Of a DNA stretch of 64,000 nucleotides, positions 59,693 to 64,000 are shown piece by piece. The notes beneath the pieces are model-generated. The model was given only the letters and a program-made list of their open reading frames with translations, was not told the origin of the DNA and did not search any database. The stretch covers positions 1 through 64,000 of the forward strand of contig JBFJCP010000001.1 in assembly GCA_041615815.1 (NCBI GenBank). The letters are read 5' to 3'. Numbering within the stretch: the stretch's first letter is position 1; each line of letters begins with the position of its first letter. The stretch comes from Gemmatimonadales bacterium. Its GTDB lineage: Bacteria; Gemmatimonadota; Gemmatimonadetes; Gemmatimonadales; GWC2-71-9. The position numbers and the translations under genes were made by a program.

Positions 59693-60375
59693 CGGGTCCC
59701 TCCCTGCAAGACTTGGTCGCGTTGCACCAATGATGCGAAGACTAGGGCGCCGGCCGTCTCCCCGAGAATCGTGGACGCCGCGCGTTCGGGGTGAGGCATC
59801 ATGCCGACCACGTTACGGCCATCATTCATCACCCCCGCAATGGCGTGCATCGATCCATTGGGGTTGTCATCCACATAGCGGAGCACCACCTGGCCCTCCG
59901 CCTCCAGCTGGTCCAACACCTCGGGCGGAGCCACATAGCGGCCCTGCCCATGGGCTATGGGCACCCGAAAGATAGCACCGGGCGCAAAGGCCGCGGTGAA
60001 GGGGGTCACCACGGACTCCACCCGCACGTCCACGGGCCGGGAAAGGAATGCGAGGTTGGCATTCGGAACCAGGGCTCCCGGCAAGAGGCCCGCCTCGCAC
60101 AGGACTTGAAACCCGTTGCAGATGCCGAGCACCGGCCCACCCTCGGCTGCGAACGCTTGCACGGCCGTGAGGACGGGACTGAACCGGGCAATGGCGCCAG
60201 CACGCAGGTAGTCGCCGTAGGCGAACCCACCGGGAATGATCACGGCGTCCGCTCCCGCAAGATCGCGGCTTCGGTGCCAGAGATAGAAGGCGTCGGCACC
60301 GGCGCCGCGTACGGCCCGCCACGTATCCGCATCACAGTTGGAGCCCGGGAAGCGGACGACGGCGACGCGCATCAT
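59689..60375 (-). CDS. purQ: FGAM synthase glutaminase subunit
   Basis: FPGSNCD, PGGFAYGDYLR, GICNGFQ, MMPHPER. Confidence 0.97.
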   Translation of the reverse strand: MMRVAVVRFPGSNCDADTWRAVRGAGADAFYLWHRSRDLAGADAVIIPGGFAYGDYLRAGAIARFSPVLTAVQAFAAEGGPVLGICNGFQVLCEAGLLPGALVPNANLAFLSRPVDVRVESVVTPFTAAFAPGAIFRVPIAHGQGRYVAPPEVLDQLEAEGQVVLRYVDDNPNGSMHAIAGVMNDGRNVVGMMPHPERAASTILGETAGALVFASLVQRDQVLQGGTR

Positions 60376-60629
60376 CCGGTCTCCTCGAGGGAGATGGTGA
60401 AGTCCTCCGTCACGGGATTCGCCAGCAACCGCTCACACATCTGTCGCACGCTTCGCTCCGCAGCCGTCCGATCGCCTGTGATATCGAGCTCGAACGTCAG
60501 AGCCCGGCCCACCCGCACCTTGGCGGTGCCGGCGAAACCGAGCGCATCCAGCGCATGCTCGACCGCTTGGCCCTGCGGATCGAGTAACGCAGGGCGGGGC
60601 ATCACCCTCACCTCGACGGTATAGCGCAC
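60372..60629 (-). CDS. purS: FGAM synthase PurS subunit
   Basis: LDPQG, VRVG, LLANPV.E. Confidence 0.95.
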   Translation of the reverse strand: MRYTVEVRVMPRPALLDPQGQAVEHALDALGFAGTAKVRVGRALTFELDITGDRTAAERSVRQMCERLLANPVTEDFTISLEETG

Positions 60630-60638
60630 GGCGCCGTC

Positions 60639-61499
60639 CTAGCCCCGCCGTCGCCGCCGCGATCGACGGGAGAGACGGCTCCCGTGAAGCGTGAACGGCG
60701 GGCCGTGAGCGCCCGATTCATCGACTGTTTCTGTTTCCTCGTCACCGCGTTCCAGAAAGCCCAACACCGCCGCCCGGACGACACCGTACGACACGTATGT
60801 GATGCCCAACGGGAAGAAGAAGATATCTCGAGACCAAATCGCGAAGCTGACGATGGTGAGATGAAAGACGAGGCCGAGAACGCCCCGCATAGTGCGGAAC
60901 CCGATACGCGGAACGCGAGCGTACTCCACTCCGCTCACCATCACCAGGGAGAGGATGATCGTCAAGAAGACAACGATCTGGTTCCAGGGTAGTTCGGCGA
61001 GTTGGGACTGGAAGAAGACCGTTTGGGTGAAGGGGTAATAGGTGGCGAGTGTCATCCCTGCTGCCGGCGATGGCAGACCCGAGAACGTGCCCCCTTTGCT
61101 CTCGACGCCCGAGCGGATGTTGTATCGAGCCAGGCGGAGCGCCACGCACACGGCAAACGCGTAGGAGAAGACCCAGGCAAACGGGCCCTGAGCGGAAAAC
61201 TGAATATGATAAATCAGGACGCCGGGGGCGATCCCGAAGCTCACCATGTCCACCAGGGAATCCAACTCGGCGCCAAACTGACTGCCCGTGCGACTGACGC
61301 GGGCAAACAGTCCGTCCAGCATGTCGAGGACACCGGCGATCACGATCCACCAACTCGCTCGGTAATAGTCTCCCTGGCTCGCCAGCACGATGGCCCAGAT
61401 ACCAAAGAACAGATTGGTCAGTGTGAACAGACTGGGCACCACGACGATGGCCCGGCGAACGCGTCGGCGTCTCTGACCTTGTCGACTCATGAGGGCCAC
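60639..61499 (-). CDS. pssA: CDP-diacylglycerol--serine O-phosphatidyltransferase
   Basis: PSLFTLTN, DMLDG..AR, FGAELDSLVD, LRLARYN, FSGLPSP. Confidence 0.92.
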   Translation of the reverse strand: MALMSRQGQRRRRVRRAIVVVPSLFTLTNLFFGIWAIVLASQGDYYRASWWIVIAGVLDMLDGLFARVSRTGSQFGAELDSLVDMVSFGIAPGVLIYHIQFSAQGPFAWVFSYAFAVCVALRLARYNIRSGVESKGGTFSGLPSPAAGMTLATYYPFTQTVFFQSQLAELPWNQIVVFLTIILSLVMVSGVEYARVPRIGFRTMRGVLGLVFHLTIVSFAIWSRDIFFFPLGITYVSYGVVRAAVLGFLERGDEETETVDESGAHGPPFTLHGSRLSRRSRRRRRG

Positions 61500-62134
61500 A
61501 CTCCCAAAACAGTGATCCCGGCGGTGGTCCGATCACCGGGACGCACCTGAACGGTCACCTCGACCGGGACGAACGTATCGACTCGTGAGCCGAATCGGAT
61601 GAGACCGAGCCGCTCACCCTGTTGCACCGAGTCTCCCACGTCCGGGTCCGTGACAATGCGCCGCGCGATCAGGCCCGCGATTTGCCGTACCAGGATGGGG
61701 CCACGTGGGCCCACGATTCCGAGCGTCATCCGCTCGTTCTCTTCGCTGGCCTTGTCCAGCGTCGCGTTCACGAAGCTTCCAGGACGATAAACCCGGTAAT
61801 CTACTCGACCGGTGACCGGGTGCCGGTTGACGTGTACGTCGAAGACGTTCATGAAGATCGAGACCCGAACCGCAGGCCCGTCCATGAACTCGCGCTCGGT
61901 GATTTGCACGACCTCGGTCACCCTCCCGTCCGCCGGAGCCAAGATGAGTTCCTCACCCCGCGGTCCCAGACGCGGCGGGTCGCGAAAAAATGCGGGGACC
62001 CAGGCCGCGACCGGAATCCACACGGCGACCATGCCCCACCACCACCCACCGCGCCACCACGCCACGAGTCCGAGGGCGAGCAGCCCGAGTAACGCCAAAG
62101 CGATGAAGGGACGCCCTTCGGGTGCGAAACTCAA
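61487..62134 (-). CDS. psd: Phosphatidylserine decarboxylase (short type)
   Basis: FFRDP, APADG, IFMNVFDVHVNR, QIAGLIARR, FGSRVD. Confidence 0.94.
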   Translation of the reverse strand: MSFAPEGRPFIALALLGLLALGLVAWWRGGWWWGMVAVWIPVAAWVPAFFRDPPRLGPRGEELILAPADGRVTEVVQITEREFMDGPAVRVSIFMNVFDVHVNRHPVTGRVDYRVYRPGSFVNATLDKASEENERMTLGIVGPRGPILVRQIAGLIARRIVTDPDVGDSVQQGERLGLIRFGSRVDTFVPVEVTVQVRPGDRTTAGITVLGVWPS

Positions 62135-63057
62135 GATTCGGCGGTCAGGGGAGCGCCGGTGATGCGGAGATAGGCGTCACGGTACCGTACGCTGGTGGCC
62201 TGCACGATCTCGTGCGGGAGCGGCGGGGGTGGGGCGTTGCCGTCCCAGCCGCCCCGTTCACGTTGGCCAGCTAAATAATCGCGCAGCGGCTGCTTATCAA
62301 AGCTCGGCTGTGACCGTCCCGCGCGGTAGCGGTCCGCCGGCCAGAAGCGCGACGAATCGGGTGTGAGGAGTTCGTCGATGAGGAGCAGCTTCCCGTCGGT
62401 AGTGTGGCCGAACTCGAATTTCGTGTCCGCGACGATAATCCCACGCGTGCGCGCGCGAGCGGCGCCGGCGGCATAGAGCGCAAGGCTCCGCGCGCGCAGG
62501 TCCTCCGCGAGGTCCGTCCCGAGCGCCTCTTTCATGTGTGCGAAGGTGATGTTCTCGTCGTGACCAGCTTCGGCTTTGGTGGCCGGGGAGAAAATAGGAC
62601 CCGCCAACTGCTCACTCTCGACGAGGCCTGAAGGGAGCGGCTCGCCAGCTAGGGTGCCGGCACCTGCGTACTCGCGCCAGGCGGAACCCGAGAGGTACCC
62701 CCGCACCACGCACTCGAATGGGATCGGTTGGGTGCGACGCACGAGCATCGCTCGACCGGCCAACACCTCGGCGTGCGTTTCGAGGCCCGGTGCCCGCTCG
62801 AGAATCTCGCTGATGTCGGTGGTGAGAAAATGGCTGGGGGTGATGGAAGCGAGTTCGTGAAACCAGAACGCGCTCATCTGCGTCAATACGGCACCCTTGA
62901 AAGGAATCGGCTCGGCAAGGACGAAATCAAAGGCGCTCACGCGGTCGCTGGCGACGATCAGCAGCGCAGTCGGGTCCACTTCGTAGACCTCCCGGACCTT
63001 GCCTTTGCGCAGGAGCGGGAGGGGGAGCGCGGTTTCGGTAACTGTGGCGGCGTTCAT
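62131..63057 (-). CDS. purC: SAICAR synthase
   Basis: GKVREVY, SDRVSAFD, ECVVRGY, DTKFEFG, TPDSSR, DKQ. Confidence 0.97.
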   Translation of the reverse strand: MNAATVTETALPLPLLRKGKVREVYEVDPTALLIVASDRVSAFDFVLAEPIPFKGAVLTQMSAFWFHELASITPSHFLTTDISEILERAPGLETHAEVLAGRAMLVRRTQPIPFECVVRGYLSGSAWREYAGAGTLAGEPLPSGLVESEQLAGPIFSPATKAEAGHDENITFAHMKEALGTDLAEDLRARSLALYAAGAARARTRGIIVADTKFEFGHTTDGKLLLIDELLTPDSSRFWPADRYRAGRSQPSFDKQPLRDYLAGQRERGGWDGNAPPPPLPHEIVQATSVRYRDAYLRITGAPLTAES

Positions 63058-64000
63058 ACGGTGACGGTAGCCTCGTCGGTGGCAGCGTAGGGTTTGAGGG
63101 TAGCGAGCAGCGGATCCACGTGCTGCTCCACGAATTCGATCACCTGTTGCGGCGCCCGCCCGACGTACCGGGCAGGATCGAGCTGGGCCTGCATCGCCGC
63201 CGTGTCAACGCCGGCGAAGCCGGGGTCGGCCGCCAAACGAGCCAAGAGATCGTTCGCGGCTCCTTCTGCCATGGCGTCGTTCACCGCCCGGCTGTGCCGG
63301 CGAATGACCTCGTGGAGCGCTTGGCGATCACCACCAGCGGCCACCCCCAACAAGAGCCAACGCTCGGTCGCCATGAAGGGCATCGCCTGGGCCACGTGAT
63401 GGCGGACGGCAGCTGGACGCACCTCGAGTCCCACACTCACGTTCGTACACAAAATCAAGATGGCGTCCGCAGCCAAAAAGGCTTCCGGCATCACGAGCCG
63501 ACGATTGGCGCTGTCGTCGAGCGTCCGTTCGAGCCATTGGGTGGCAGCAGTATAGGCCGTATTGTCGCGCAGTGCCAAGAGATACCGGGCGAGCGCACAA
63601 ACACGTTCGGCGCGTACGGGGTTGCGTTTGTACGGCATCGCGCTGGACCCGACTTGCTCGTCCTCGGTGGGCTCCAGGATTTCCCCTTCGTGTTGCAGGA
63701 GCCGCAGGTCCGTGGCGAACTTGGACGCACTTTGGGCCAGTCCGCTGAGCGTGTCCAGCACTCGGCTGTCGAGCTTGCGGGTGTAGGTCTGGCCCGTCAC
63801 GGGTACCACGGACTCGAAATCGAACGCGGCGGCTACCCGTCGATCCAATGCAATGACTTTGGCATGATCTCCTTCGAAGAGCTCGAGGTAGCTCGCCTGC
63901 GTGCCGGTGGTCCCTTTACATCCGCGGAAGGGAAGGGAGCCGAGTGTCTCGCGCAGCGTTTGGGCGTCGAGCAGAAAGTCGTGCAGCCACAGGGCACCCC
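63054..64000 (-). CDS. purB: Adenylosuccinate lyase, 5' truncated by window edge
   Basis: GQTYTRK, GSSAMPYKRNP, QWLERTLDDSANRR. Confidence 0.95.
   Translation of the reverse strand, partial: GALWLHDFLLDAQTLRETLGSLPFRGCKGTTGTQASYLELFEGDHAKVIALDRRVAAAFDFESVVPVTGQTYTRKLDSRVLDTLSGLAQSASKFATDLRLLQHEGEILEPTEDEQVGSSAMPYKRNPVRAERVCALARYLLALRDNTAYTAATQWLERTLDDSANRRLVMPEAFLAADAILILCTNVSVGLEVRPAAVRHHVAQAMPFMATERWLLLGVAAGGDRQALHEVIRRHSRAVNDAMAEGAANDLLARLAADPGFAGVDTAAMQAQLDPARYVGRAPQQVIEFVEQHVDPLLATLKPYAATDEATVTV

Noticed and set aside
1..64000. CRISPR arrays, tRNA/rRNA genes, transposases, integrases, prophage or defence genes
   Set aside because: No regularly spaced repeats or diagnostic motifs seen by eye; the only T-loop-like signal I found belongs to tmRNA.

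Overview
GC-rich bacterial chromosomal window. Gene content and order suggest Gemmatimonadota; this is inference, not a database result. The first ~10.6 kb is accessory. It holds the 3' end of a biosynthetic cluster (terminal C-A-PCP NRPS module predicted to activate Gly, no thioesterase domain, then two translationally coupled atypical alpha/beta hydrolases and an Sfp-type PPTase). After that come a fasciclin lipoprotein behind an AT-rich promoter with CarH/LitR-like 11-bp repeats, a deleted hydrolase pseudogene, an Ig/LVIVD protein, an M20 peptidase, an SDR and a DoxX protein. The rest is core genome: tyrA-aroA-cmk-rpsA, an acyl-CoA carboxylase operon containing an RlmD-like gene, rplM-rpsI-rpsB-tsf-pyrH-frr-cdsA-dxr-rseP, an antisense Hanks kinase, rpsO-pnp-M16-ald, mreBCD-mrdA-rodA-accD-folC-hisS-proS-lysA-guaA, PTS IIA, dusB-larB-GGDEF, tmRNA, a plug-only TonB-like protein, and a minus-strand purB-purC-psd-pssA-purS-purQ-(2 unknowns)-purL-purF-ppdK operon. 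I saw no CRISPR array, integrase, transposase, tRNA or rRNA. The best candidate for an undescribed system is the TE-less Gly-NRPS with its pseudo-hydrolase/Cys-hydrolase pair.
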